From positions 1 through 41,983 of the IMG/VR virus record IMGVR_UViG_3300030097_000100: a stretch of DNA of 41,983 nt, one strand, 5' to 3'. Made by a program: the position numbers and the translations under genes. Numbering within the stretch: position 1 is the stretch's first letter; each line of letters starts with the position of its first letter. Shown here piece after piece: positions 1 through 8,147 of the stretch. The DNA is from a virus (lineage: Duplodnaviria; Caudoviricetes). The notes under the pieces are model-generated. The model did no database searches and had not been told where the DNA came from. It saw only the letters and a program-made list of their open reading frames with translations.

Positions 1-178
1 TTTCTTACCCGCCTTAATTTTATTTATTCTATCCATTATCTTTGCGCTTTCTGTGCAAGATGGCTTGAAGTTATCGCGCATGGTGTCAGTTTGTTTTGCT
101 GTCACATGCTCGGTTAAAAGTGGTGTTTCATTTCGGTTTAATTGACCATCAACCCACTTTTGATAATTTATTTTATAG
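1..178. repeat. Terminal direct repeat (left copy), most likely circular-assembly overlap
   Basis: 1-178 equals 41806-41983 except G108 vs T41913; it lies inside a coding sequence that reads through the junction. Confidence 0.95.
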
Positions 179-663
179 TGCTTATTCCAAATCTTTTCGG
201 CTTTCTCTGCTGTAGTTGAGCGGCAATTAAATCCAACTTGACTACGAGTCTCAACTTCGACAGGGTGCTGAGCCTCTTTGCGGTTAACAAAGCGGATATA
301 TCCCTCAGATGGGTCGCACACTGATTTGTTGCACCACTGGACAAACTTACCAGATGATGGAAGAAAGTCCGACCCTGAGGCTCTGGCGTGTTTAAACCCC
401 TCTCTTAGCTGGTCAATGGTATTTACATTTCCTTCAAGGAAAGCTTTCACCCATTCAACTTTGGCCGCGTCAATTGCTTTGGCATCTTTCCAAGCGTATT
501 GCCAAGCAGGAAAAATGCTTTTTAGCTGCTCAAATACTCTATCAACTAGATGCTTGGCGTTATCGTTGATATTGCCTTGCAGTTGATGATGAGTTTGGTT
601 TTGTGGTTGTGCCATGCCTCGATTAATAACCGCCTTCATTTGGTTTTTAAAGTCGCTACTCAT
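1..663 (-). CDS. Lambda P-like replication protein (helicase loader), 221 aa; stop codon lies across the circular junction at 41803-41805
   Basis: Hand translation from ATG 663 (overlapping the initiator stop): MSSDFKNQ...VFEQLKSIFPAWQYAW...EWVKAFLEGNVNTIDQLREGFKHARASGSDFLPSSGKFVQWC, matching the lambda P pattern; absent from the ORF track because it runs off position 1. Confidence 0.8.
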   Translation of the reverse strand, partial: MSSDFKNQMKAVINRGMAQPQNQTHHQLQGNINDNAKHLVDRVFEQLKSIFPAWQYAWKDAKAIDAAKVEWVKAFLEGNVNTIDQLREGFKHARASGSDFLPSSGKFVQWCNKSVCDPSEGYIRFVNRKEAQHPVEVETRSQVGFNCRSTTAEKAEKIWNKHYKINYQKWVDGQLNRNETPLLTEHVTAKQTDTMRDNFKPSCTESAKIMDRINKIKAGKK

Positions 664-1478
664 AATCCTAAATCTCCTTCGTGCCAGTTTGAATTTGCAG
701 ACTCTTGCATAATATCTCGCCTTGAGCCTGTAGAGTTTGAATTCATTTTTGCTGACAGTTGGGCGTATTGCTTGCGGAACTTATCAGCGCTTAATATATT
801 TGTTTGCCAAAATGGGTCGCTGTTAGCCCATGCAAATACATTCCAAGCATCCATCAGGTTAATACCGTCAATTTCGTTTATCAGTCTTGCAGTATTTGCC
901 CACGCCTCTAGGTTTGGTTTTTTAGTTGCTGGTGCTACATTTAAAATTGATTGATACATGGCGCTAGCAAAATTCATTTGATCATCATTGTATTTAAACT
1001 TAATTGGTTTAGCCTCTGGCTGAACAATAGGTTTATATACTTCTTCTTCTACTTCTTCTTCTACTTCTAATTCATGGCATGAGTTGACGCCGTCAGAGCC
1101 TGTCATGACACCATTTGACGGCGTTGGTAGGGTTTTATTTCCTATCCAAGCTCGCATTTTCGGGCTGTTTGTCATTGATTTGTCTATGCTTTCAGCGAGT
1201 TTTAAGCAGGTTATTACGTTGTTTGAGCTTTCAAATAACCCTATCTCAACCATGTACCTAATTATCTCTTCGACTCGCTTTTCCTGTATGTTTAACTCAA
1301 AGCCAATAGTCTCAGAGTCTTCTTTAAGGTCAAAAGTCAAATTATCCTTATCAACGTCATAAGCTATTGCTTCAAGGCAAAACCAGTATATAGCGTAGCC
1401 ATCACCGCCGTACTTCCTTCTAACCTTCCTTAGCTTTAGGGAGTTTCTAGCGTCAGACTGATGTTTAAACCACTTCAT
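660..1478 (-). CDS. Phage replication initiator (Lin1244/DUF4373-like N-terminus, lambda O-like C-terminus)
   Basis: N-terminal WFKHQSDAR...KYGGDGYAIYW; C-terminal WANTARL...WANSDPFWQTNILSADKFRKQY; directly upstream of the P-like gene. Confidence 0.8.
   Translation of the reverse strand: MKWFKHQSDARNSLKLRKVRRKYGGDGYAIYWFCLEAIAYDVDKDNLTFDLKEDSETIGFELNIQEKRVEEIIRYMVEIGLFESSNNVITCLKLAESIDKSMTNSPKMRAWIGNKTLPTPSNGVMTGSDGVNSCHELEVEEEVEEEVYKPIVQPEAKPIKFKYNDDQMNFASAMYQSILNVAPATKKPNLEAWANTARLINEIDGINLMDAWNVFAWANSDPFWQTNILSADKFRKQYAQLSAKMNSNSTGSRRDIMQESANSNWHEGDLGL
1039..1124. other. Candidate replication origin inside the initiator gene
   Basis: Symmetric dyad ACGCCGTCA(1087-1095)-5nt-TGTCATGACA(1101-1110)-5nt-TGACGGCGT(1116-1124) next to a strand-asymmetric CTT/CTA repeat tract (about 1039-1068); lambdoid origins lie in the initiator linker. 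Confidence 0.5.
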
Positions 1479-2119
1479 TAAATAACCCCTTCACTAATTA
1501 ATTTCTCGTTAATGTAAACCTCACCTGCTGGCGTAAATAAAGCTTGTGAGTAACCTTGTTCTGTTTGCTTTAACTCACCGTATCCACTTTCAATAAAAGA
1601 TTGAATAAAAACTCGCCCGCGCTTTACTGATTGATTGTAAACACCGCCTAGCTCATCAAGTAGTTTATTTAACTTAACAGCACTCATTTTATGCTTGCTT
1701 GCTACTTGCGTAGCCGTCATTAGGCTATCTCTATTAACTAGGTTATCAACAAAAGCAACTTTAGGCGCTGCAAGCTCTAGCTGTTTTGCTTGGTCTGCTG
1801 CTAATTGTAATGCTTCTGCAAAGTTCGTTGGTATTTTTTGCTGCTGGTTTGATTCAAGTTCTTGCCATCGATCAACTAACACTGCAGTAAACTCAGGTGA
1901 TAATTGAGCAACAACTACATAGCTATCCCTCTTATTTACATGTAACACTGCAGATGGTCTACCATCACCCTTTTCCACAGTCTGTGTAAAAGTAATTAAT
2001 CCTTTATCCTGCAGTGTAACCATTGTTCTCTTAACTGAGTCATGACGACTATTAACTACAGCAGCAATATCTTTACTACTCATTGTTAAAGTTTGGTTTG
2101 TATTAACTAAGTTTTTCAT
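1478..2119 (-). CDS. Rha-family / antirepressor (KilA-C/ANT) regulatory protein
   Basis: MSSKDIA...RHDSVKR, KRDSYVVVAQLSPEFTAVLVDRWQELE, PTNFAEALQLAAD...APKVAFVD motifs. Confidence 0.85.
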   Translation of the reverse strand: MKNLVNTNQTLTMSSKDIAAVVNSRHDSVKRTMVTLQDKGLITFTQTVEKGDGRPSAVLHVNKRDSYVVVAQLSPEFTAVLVDRWQELESNQQQKIPTNFAEALQLAADQAKQLELAAPKVAFVDNLVNRDSLMTATQVASKHKMSAVKLNKLLDELGGVYNQSVKRGRVFIQSFIESGYGELKQTEQGYSQALFTPAGEVYINEKLISEGVI

Positions 2120-2148
2120 TTATTAACTCCTCATCTAAAGTATGTGTA

Positions 2149-2241
2149 AATATAAATGCTAAATAATAATAAGTCAATATTAAAAACGTATTAGAAAAAT
2201 ATTAAATAAAGTATTGACATATTTTATATATACTCCATAAT
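2149..2241. promoter_or_regulatory. Divergent sigma70-type promoter pair separating the replication arm from the recombination arm
   Basis: Minus strand TTGACT(2177-2172)-17-TATATT(2154-2149); plus strand TTGACA(2214-2219)-16-CATAAT(2236-2241). Confidence 0.65.
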
Positions 2242-2271
2242 TAGCAGCAACAAAACTAAATAGGAATAACC

Positions 2272-2430
2272 ATGAGTGATACAAAAAACAAACCAAAGTT
2301 AACAAGAATAAACTGCGATTTGCCGCCGCATGTGCATGATTTCCTTGCTTCATTGCATGGCACTAAAAAGTACAACGCTGAGGCGATATTAATGGCGGCG
2401 GCACGTAAAAACGGCTTTAAGGCCAAATAA
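2272..2430 (+). CDS. Small 52-aa protein, possible ribbon-helix-helix DNA-binding regulator
   Basis: Hand-read ORF MSDTKNKPKLTRINCDLPPHVHDFLASLHGTKKYNAEAILMAAARKNGFKAK with upstream AGGA; first gene after the rightward promoter. Confidence 0.55.
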   Translation: MSDTKNKPKLTRINCDLPPHVHDFLASLHGTKKYNAEAILMAAARKNGFKAK

Positions 2431-2452
2431 AACTTAATTGATGGAGATTAAG

Positions 2453-3322
2453 ATGAGTAATGATTTAGTTCAATTCGTACAGCAGCAAGAAAGCATGTTT
2501 ATTGAGCGTGTATGCGATGAAAAAGTAAAGTTTTCAACTGAGTCGCAATTTGCTATACAGGCATTCCAAGGGAATAAGTTTTTAGCTGATACAGCACGCA
2601 AAAACATGGCTAGCTTGCAAAATGCAATCATTAACGTTGCATCTATTGGCATTAGCTTAAACCCAGCTAACAAACACGCTTATTTAGTGCCTAGAGATGG
2701 CAAGATATGCCTTGATATTAGTTACATGGGATTACTGCACCTTGCAATGTCTACCGGCTCAATTATGTGGGGTCAATGCAAATTGGTTTACTCTAACGAC
2801 CAATATCAAAACCAAGGATTAGATAAATCGCCTACACATAGTTATAGTGCTTTTGGTGACCGTGGTAGTGTAATTGGTGGTTACTGTACTGTAAAAACAC
2901 CAGAGGGTGATTACCTAACGGAAGAAATGAGCCTTGATGAAATTAAAAAAATCGAGCAATCATCAAAAGCCAAAAATGGCCCATGGAAAACGCACTGGTC
3001 AGAAATGGCTCGTAAAACGATAGTAAAAAGAGCTAGTAAATATTGGCCTAAAGTTGATAGATTAGATGCAGCCATTCACAACCTAAACACAGACGGAGGT
3101 GAAGGCTTACAAGATAGTAATTCAGATCCGGTTGATGTTACGCCGTGTTTCGCATCACAACTAGATGAAATAACCAATCAATTGCAGCGCATAGGAAGAA
3201 CAGAGCAGCAGCTTATAGAAAAGCTAGTGCCAAAACTAATTGGGCGTTCAGTTGTTGAATTGCCAGACCTTACAAGCGGTGAGGCTATCAAGGTTATTAA
3301 ATATCTTGAGGAAATGAAATGA
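2453..3322 (+). CDS. recT: RecT-family single-strand annealing recombinase
   Basis: ASIGISLNP...AYLVPR...LDISYMGL...PWKTHWSEMARKTIVKRASKYWP; start placed at ATG 2453 after GGAG. Confidence 0.9.
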   Translation: MSNDLVQFVQQQESMFIERVCDEKVKFSTESQFAIQAFQGNKFLADTARKNMASLQNAIINVASIGISLNPANKHAYLVPRDGKICLDISYMGLLHLAMSTGSIMWGQCKLVYSNDQYQNQGLDKSPTHSYSAFGDRGSVIGGYCTVKTPEGDYLTEEMSLDEIKKIEQSSKAKNGPWKTHWSEMARKTIVKRASKYWPKVDRLDAAIHNLNTDGGEGLQDSNSDPVDVTPCFASQLDEITNQLQRIGRTEQQLIEKLVPKLIGRSVVELPDLTSGEAIKVIKYLEEMK

Positions 3323-4101
3323 TTATTATTGAAAACTTAGAGCAAGGCACTGTTGAGTGGTTAAAAGCTCGTGCAGCAAGAATAACAGCAAGTCGCGCCG
3401 CTGATTTTTCAGCAGAGCCAAACCTTGCACCAATGCCTGATGTTAAAATAACAAAGGAAGGTAAGGTTAATTACTGTCTTTTTAATGGTGTCACATATGA
3501 GCATACAAGCAAGCTTGAATTGCAAAAGATGATTCGTGAAAGTTTACCTAAAGTATATCCTGATATGCGTAACGGTTACTTACATGAATTAATAGGGCAA
3601 GTCTGCACAGGTGAAATTAAAGAGCAAGTACCATTCAAACAAGCTGAGTGGGGTCACGAAAACGAAGATATAGCTAGAAGTATATTTGAGTTTGAAACAG
3701 AGAAGGATGTTAGACAGGTTGGTTTTATATATAAGGACGAACAGCAACGGGCAGGTATTTCACCAGATGGTTTAGTAGTTGGTGAAGATTCCGGCCTTGA
3801 GATTAAGTGTCCATGGGATACAAAGTGGCATATTGATTTTATACTGGCTGAGAAAATAAAGCCTGAATACATAGAGCAGTGCCAGTTTTCAATGTGGGTT
3901 ACTGGTTACAAGCAATGGTATTTCGCAAGTTATGACCCAAGAATGAGAGCTAAAAGACTGTATTATGTAACAATAGAGCGCGACGAATCTTTTATGGAAA
4001 AATACGATCGAGCATATGATAATTTTATTAACGAAATGGACGAGAAACTAAAATCAATAGGTTTCGAGTTTAAAGATATTTACACAAACAAAGGAAATTA
4101 A
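3319..4101 (+). CDS. YqaJ / lambda-exonuclease family nuclease
   Basis: QGTVEWLKARAARITAS, WGHENE..AR, GISPDGLV, LEIKCP, QCQFSMWVTG, YDPR. Confidence 0.9.
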   Translation: MIIIENLEQGTVEWLKARAARITASRAADFSAEPNLAPMPDVKITKEGKVNYCLFNGVTYEHTSKLELQKMIRESLPKVYPDMRNGYLHELIGQVCTGEIKEQVPFKQAEWGHENEDIARSIFEFETEKDVRQVGFIYKDEQQRAGISPDGLVVGEDSGLEIKCPWDTKWHIDFILAEKIKPEYIEQCQFSMWVTGYKQWYFASYDPRMRAKRLYYVTIERDESFMEKYDRAYDNFINEMDEKLKSIGFEFKDIYTNKGN

Positions 4102-4103
4102 TT

Positions 4104-4592
4104 ATGAATACAGCAACTTTTGCGGGTAACGTTGGACAAGACCCGCGCATTAACTCAGTTAACACACAGAATGGCCCTAAATCGGTTTTAAACTTTTCTC
4201 TAGCAGTTCAAAAACGCACCAAAGACCAGCAGGGTAACTATGAAACGCTATGGATTGATTGCGCTTTGTGGGGCGATAGAGCCGACAAACTAAGCCAGTA
4301 TATTACCAAAGGCACTAAATTAGCTGTTAGCGGTTCAGTTGATGTTGATAGTTACGAAGGTAATAACGGCTTTGTTCCTAAGCTTACAATGATGGTCAAT
4401 GAGTTAACACTACAAGGTGGCGGACAATCACAAGGGCAAAGCAACCAGGCTCAAGGCGGTTATACTCAGCAGCAAGTACCACAACAGCAATACCAGCAAG
4501 CGCCGCAGCAAGGTTATCAGCAGCCGCAAAATGAACCACAGCAACAAGGTGCATTTAATCCAAATCAAGACCCAAACAACCCGCCATTCTAA
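4104..4592 (+). CDS. ssb: Single-stranded DNA-binding protein
   Basis: GNVGQDP OB-fold start, W..CALWG..A, KGTKLAVSG, Q-rich tail ending PPF. Confidence 0.95.
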   Translation: MNTATFAGNVGQDPRINSVNTQNGPKSVLNFSLAVQKRTKDQQGNYETLWIDCALWGDRADKLSQYITKGTKLAVSGSVDVDSYEGNNGFVPKLTMMVNELTLQGGGQSQGQSNQAQGGYTQQQVPQQQYQQAPQQGYQQPQNEPQQQGAFNPNQDPNNPPF

Positions 4593-4599
4593 CAACAAA

Positions 4600-4627
4600 A
4601 GCGCCATTAATTTGGCGCTAATTTTAT
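4600..4627 (+). terminator. Possible intrinsic terminator after ssb
   Basis: AGCGCCA/TGGCGCT stem with a weak T tail. Confidence 0.45.
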
Positions 4628-4636
4628 AGGTGATTT

Positions 4637-4813
4637 ATGAAACAGCCAACACATGCCGTATACCACGTCATTAATTGGAATGGAGAAGGTGATAAATTTT
4701 GGTCATTCGCTTTTAAAGATGGTGATGAATGGCGAAACTTTGAAACCTGCGACCCGCTAATTGAGTATGATGGTGATGAAATATTAAAAATAGTGAGCCT
4801 TAAAGATGAGTAA
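4637..4813 (+). CDS. Hypothetical protein, 58 aa
   Basis: Hand-read MKQPTHAVYHVINW...VSLKDE with AGGTG RBS; fills the gap between ssb and the resolvase. Confidence 0.6.
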   Translation: MKQPTHAVYHVINWNGEGDKFWSFAFKDGDEWRNFETCDPLIEYDGDEILKIVSLKDE

Positions 4814-5267
4814 AATAATAATTGGTTGCGACCCTGATAGCAGTAAAAGCGGTATTTCAACTTACATGAACGGAAGTCTGGCCGATTTAACTTGCTTATC
4901 GTTAATTGATATTTATTTTCATATTGATGATTTATGTATCAGGTTTGAACCGTCAGAAATTGAATTACATATTGAGAACTTAAACGGTATTAGCTCCAAC
5001 GCTTTTAACGTAAATAGAAAAGATACACTACCTGTCAAACTTAAAAAGGCTCAGAATGTTGGGCAATGCAAACAGGTTCAAACTGAAATAGAGCGCATAG
5101 CTGAACATTTTGGTATTAAAGTAGTTAGACACCAGGTAAGTAAAATGTGGAAGGGTAGCGCAACCGGTAAAGCTGTATTAAAGGATTTAGGCTGGACAGG
5201 CCAAAGCAATGAGGATAGCCGCAGCGCGGCATACTTCGGCTATCTAGGCGTTAAACAATCAAAATAA
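4806..5267 (+). CDS. RuvC-like Holliday junction resolvase
   Basis: IIIGCDPD..KSG, HIEN, NEDSRSAA acidic catalytic pattern of the RNase H fold. Confidence 0.65.
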   Translation: MSKIIIGCDPDSSKSGISTYMNGSLADLTCLSLIDIYFHIDDLCIRFEPSEIELHIENLNGISSNAFNVNRKDTLPVKLKKAQNVGQCKQVQTEIERIAEHFGIKVVRHQVSKMWKGSATGKAVLKDLGWTGQSNEDSRSAAYFGYLGVKQSK

Positions 5268-5272
5268 CCAAC

Positions 5273-5294
5273 AGCCGCACACTAGCGGCTTTTT
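5273..5294 (+). terminator. Intrinsic terminator
   Basis: AGCCGC/GCGGCT stem followed by TTTT. Confidence 0.75.
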
Positions 5295-5333
5295 CATACC
5301 TAAAAATAAATCGCAATTAATTAAAAATAATAC

Positions 5334-5362
5334 TTTACACTGAAACGGTATTCACCTACTAT
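5334..5362 (+). promoter_or_regulatory. Sigma70-type promoter
   Basis: TTTACA-17-TACTAT upstream of GGAG RBS and ATG 5408. Confidence 0.6.
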
Positions 5363-5407
5363 GTACTTACTGAAACGCAATAACGCGAAATTAATTGGAG
5401 AGTCCTT

Positions 5408-5644
5408 ATGAATCAGAGTTCAAGTAAAGCGGTAAAAAGTATCGGTAGAAGTATATCTAATATAAATAAGCAGATTGAAATACTAAGACTTGAGTATCCA
5501 GATGCTTGTAACTATCTTGATAACGGAGATAGCTTTAATGTGTCAATTACTGATAGCTGCAATCAAGATCTTACATTAAACGAAAGGCAATCAGGTTGCG
5601 TTGCCACTTTCAGCATGAAACACACTGACTGCGGTGGTTGGTAA
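5408..5644 (+). CDS. Hypothetical protein
   Basis: ORF with GGAG RBS, first gene of the cassette. Confidence 0.7.
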   Translation: MNQSSSKAVKSIGRSISNINKQIEILRLEYPDACNYLDNGDSFNVSITDSCNQDLTLNERQSGCVATFSMKHTDCGGW

Positions 5645-6246
5645 TGATTAAATCTGTATACGAAAATCAAATCGACATACTAAAATCTATAATGACCCTG
5701 TGTAACATTAAACGCTTTGACGTTGATGTTACATATGGGAACGGAATGTTTTACAAAGAAATAGAAAAACCGCTGTATTGTTTTGATATTGACCCGTCAC
5801 TTGTTGAAACCCCAGCTAGCAGTGATAACCTTCCACTAGCTGATAACTCTGTTTCTAGCCTTATATTCGACCCACCTTTTTTGACTTATGTTAGGGCTGC
5901 ACGTAAAGGTAACGGTAACATGGTGATGGCTAAGAGATTCGGCGGATATTGGCGATACGACGAGCTTGAAGCTCATTACAAAGATACTCTAAAAGAAGCA
6001 GCTAGAGTGTTAATCAAGAAAGGAATTATGATTTTTAAGTGTCAGGACATTATACATAATCACAAAATGCACTGCACTCATGTTAACGTCATTAATTGGG
6101 CTGCTGGTGAATTTAGGATTAAGGATTTATTCATTCTACCAGCAAAAACAAGAATGGCGATACCTCAGCAAGTGGGAACTAAAAAAAAGGTGCAAAAACA
6201 CGCTCGCATATTCCACAGTTATTTTTTAGTTTTGGAGAGGTTATGA
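5638..6246 (+). CDS. Orphan SAM-dependent amino (N6-A/N4-C) DNA methyltransferase
   Basis: DVTYGNGMFY SAM-binding-like motif, FDPPF catalytic motif, EAARVL..KG.MIFK. Confidence 0.75.
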   Translation: MVMIKSVYENQIDILKSIMTLCNIKRFDVDVTYGNGMFYKEIEKPLYCFDIDPSLVETPASSDNLPLADNSVSSLIFDPPFLTYVRAARKGNGNMVMAKRFGGYWRYDELEAHYKDTLKEAARVLIKKGIMIFKCQDIIHNHKMHCTHVNVINWAAGEFRIKDLFILPAKTRMAIPQQVGTKKKVQKHARIFHSYFLVLERL

Positions 6247-6413
6247 CCCCATCAACACAAGCAAAAGCAGTAGGGCTTAATAGCCTTGCTGAATTATCAC
6301 AAATTACACATATGCCAGTCAGTACACTAAAAGACTGGTTTAGAAATTACCCTAAGCGCTTTGAGTTTATTTGCAAAGGTGCGGTATTGGTTAAGGAGCA
6401 ATCAAGTGGCTAA
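6243..6413 (+). CDS. Small helix-turn-helix protein, 56 aa
   Basis: Hand-read MTPSTQAKAVGLNSLAELSQITHMPVSTLKDWFRNYPKRFEFICKGA...; GGAGAGG RBS; ATGA overlap with the methyltransferase stop. Confidence 0.7.
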   Translation: MTPSTQAKAVGLNSLAELSQITHMPVSTLKDWFRNYPKRFEFICKGAVLVKEQSSG

Positions 6414-6870
6414 AAAACGCAATAAAAAATACAACGCCATGAAAGGCGCAATAAAAAGCGCTAAAGTTGGCCTGAGAAATTTAGGTGTATGGCACAGCCA
6501 GCGAACAGATTCAGAATACACCGCAGAGGTAGTTAACTATAAAACGCTAAAAAGCGAAGATGTAGGTCGCTCAATGGTGTTTGCAATAACCAAAGTTCGC
6601 CACAAATGGCAAATACTATTGCTTGCAATTGGTGAGGATGACAGCGGTAAAAAGTATTTTAAAGTTGACCCGGTTCAAATTAAGCATGAAATGTTTCAAA
6701 GTGACTTAGCTGAATATTTAGATCAAAGGCATAAATATTTTATTGCTAAGTCATTCAATAAAAACCATTTAACAAATGTTGCTTGGCTGGCGGTGCCAAA
6801 TGGCAGTGAGGCAGATGCAATAACCGATGAAATGATTGATAAACTAATTACACATAAGGATGCTTGGTAA
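6406..6870 (+). CDS. Hypothetical protein (start moved to GTG 6406)
   Basis: AAGGAG precedes GTG 6406; same frame as track ORF 6361..6870. Confidence 0.7.
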   Translation: MAKKRNKKYNAMKGAIKSAKVGLRNLGVWHSQRTDSEYTAEVVNYKTLKSEDVGRSMVFAITKVRHKWQILLLAIGEDDSGKKYFKVDPVQIKHEMFQSDLAEYLDQRHKYFIAKSFNKNHLTNVAWLAVPNGSEADAITDEMIDKLITHKDAW

Positions 6871-7043
6871 TGAGAAAAGCTAGCACTGAATGGGCTTATC
6901 AGTTGGGGTATAAAGCAGCACAGAAAGGCGAGTTAATATCTGCAAACCCATATGACACAGCGAAACCCTCAAATAAGTATGCCTGGCTAGGTGGTTACAA
7001 TGACTTTTTAGCTGGACATAATTTAGATTTAACGGTGTTTTAG
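6870..7043 (+). CDS. Rmf/CrpP-fold small protein (ribosome modulation factor-like), 57 aa
   Basis: Hand-read MRKASTEWAYQLGYKAAQKGELISANPYDTAKPSNKYAWLGGYNDFLAGHNLDLTVF; A.Q.GY.A...G.....PY.......WLGG pattern; TAATG coupling to the upstream gene. Confidence 0.65.
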   Translation: MRKASTEWAYQLGYKAAQKGELISANPYDTAKPSNKYAWLGGYNDFLAGHNLDLTVF

Positions 7044-7045
7044 GT

Positions 7046-7225
7046 ATGAAATCACCAAAAACGCGCAACAGCTATTCAAGCGTAGTTAATCGCATAATGA
7101 AAGAGCCTGAGTTAAGGCTAAAAAACAAATTGGAGCGTCAAGGTTTAGACTGGCGTGAAATTGACAAAAAAATAAATGAACTAGTAAGGAATAAAAATGA
7201 TACCAACACATCAAACAAAATTTAG
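7046..7225 (+). CDS. Hypothetical protein, 59 aa
   Basis: Hand-read MKSPKTRNSYSSVVNRIMKEPE...; fills the gap before dUTPase. Confidence 0.5.
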   Translation: MKSPKTRNSYSSVVNRIMKEPELRLKNKLERQGLDWREIDKKINELVRNKNDTNTSNKI

Positions 7226-7589
7226 CGCCGGCGCTGATTTATACGCAGCAGAAACTGTAACTATTGAGCCGCAGCAAGTTAGACTTGTTGGTACTGGTTT
7301 CTCATTAGCAGAATTACCGTATCAAGCTGACCATGATTTAGTATTCATTCTTTGCAATCGCTCAAGTATTGCATACAAAAAATCATTAATGGTGTGCAAC
7401 GGAGTGGGGGTTATAGACCAAGATTTTGAAGATGAAATTAAGGTTATGTATATTAATATGAGCGGTGAACCTCAAACAATCAATAAAGGCGAGAGAGTCG
7501 CGCAATTAGTACCAATGCGTTATGTTACAAACCTATTTGATGTTGAAGATAACAAGCGCAATGGCGGCTTTGGGAGTAGCGGAAAATGA
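7197..7589 (+). CDS. dut: Trimeric dUTPase
   Basis: SAGADL, RSS, GVIDQDF, RVAQL, RNGGFGSSG motifs 1-5. Confidence 0.92.
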   Translation: MIPTHQTKFSAGADLYAAETVTIEPQQVRLVGTGFSLAELPYQADHDLVFILCNRSSIAYKKSLMVCNGVGVIDQDFEDEIKVMYINMSGEPQTINKGERVAQLVPMRYVTNLFDVEDNKRNGGFGSSGK

Positions 7590-7924
7590 ATAACTACAAA
7601 AAATACTTGCGCCTAATGAATTTAAACAAGAAAAACCCATTGCCAGAAGTAACATTAAAAGAAATGTGGGATAACTGGCACTGCAATGATGAAGATGAAA
7701 AGCATCCACCATATTACTTTGGCATCAATCAAAGTTGGCGCGAAAGGCAGTTAGCGGTAATGCGTGAATTAAACATTGAAGAAACAATAAAATTTACACG
7801 CGGCGGTGATTCGAGACTTAAGCATGTAAAATTTACAGATAGCACAAAGCATTTATTTGCAACGTGTCAAAACCTAATAGCGCGTAAGGCGCATTTTAAT
7901 GAAAATAGCGGGGTTGCGTTATGA
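7586..7924 (+). CDS. Hypothetical protein
   Basis: ATGA-coupled ORF in the operon. Confidence 0.7.
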   Translation: MNNYKKYLRLMNLNKKNPLPEVTLKEMWDNWHCNDEDEKHPPYYFGINQSWRERQLAVMRELNIEETIKFTRGGDSRLKHVKFTDSTKHLFATCQNLIARKAHFNENSGVAL

Positions 7925-8139
7925 TTAATAAAGATTTAATAAATAAGTGCGAATCTCATGTTGAAATTGGTGAATTGCCGAATGATCTGGCAACTGAGTT
8001 ATTATCAAACTACAAAATATTAATAGAGCAAAACGCAGAGTTACACAAAGAGCTTGCAAAGTTAAAAGGTGATCGTGTTTTTGTGGTTAATGAGGGTAAG
8101 CCTTACTCAGAAAATCCACCTAATAATTTAGCAATGTAG
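7921..8139 (+). CDS. Hypothetical protein
   Basis: ATGA-coupled ORF in the operon. Confidence 0.65.
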   Translation: MINKDLINKCESHVEIGELPNDLATELLSNYKILIEQNAELHKELAKLKGDRVFVVNEGKPYSENPPNNLAM

Positions 8140-8147
8140 GAGGTTTA

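Noticed and set aside
278-1907. Plus-strand ORFs 278..586, 550..954, 1084..1362, 1695..1907
   Set aside because: Antisense shadows of the P-like, initiator and Rha genes; no RBS or motifs
4417-4592. CAG/CAA-rich repeats that could suggest an array
   Set aside because: They encode the ordinary Gln-rich disordered SSB linker
6880-7068. Minus-strand 62-aa ORF in the track
   Set aside because: The plus strand holds the coupled Rmf-like and 59-aa ORFs that fit the operon
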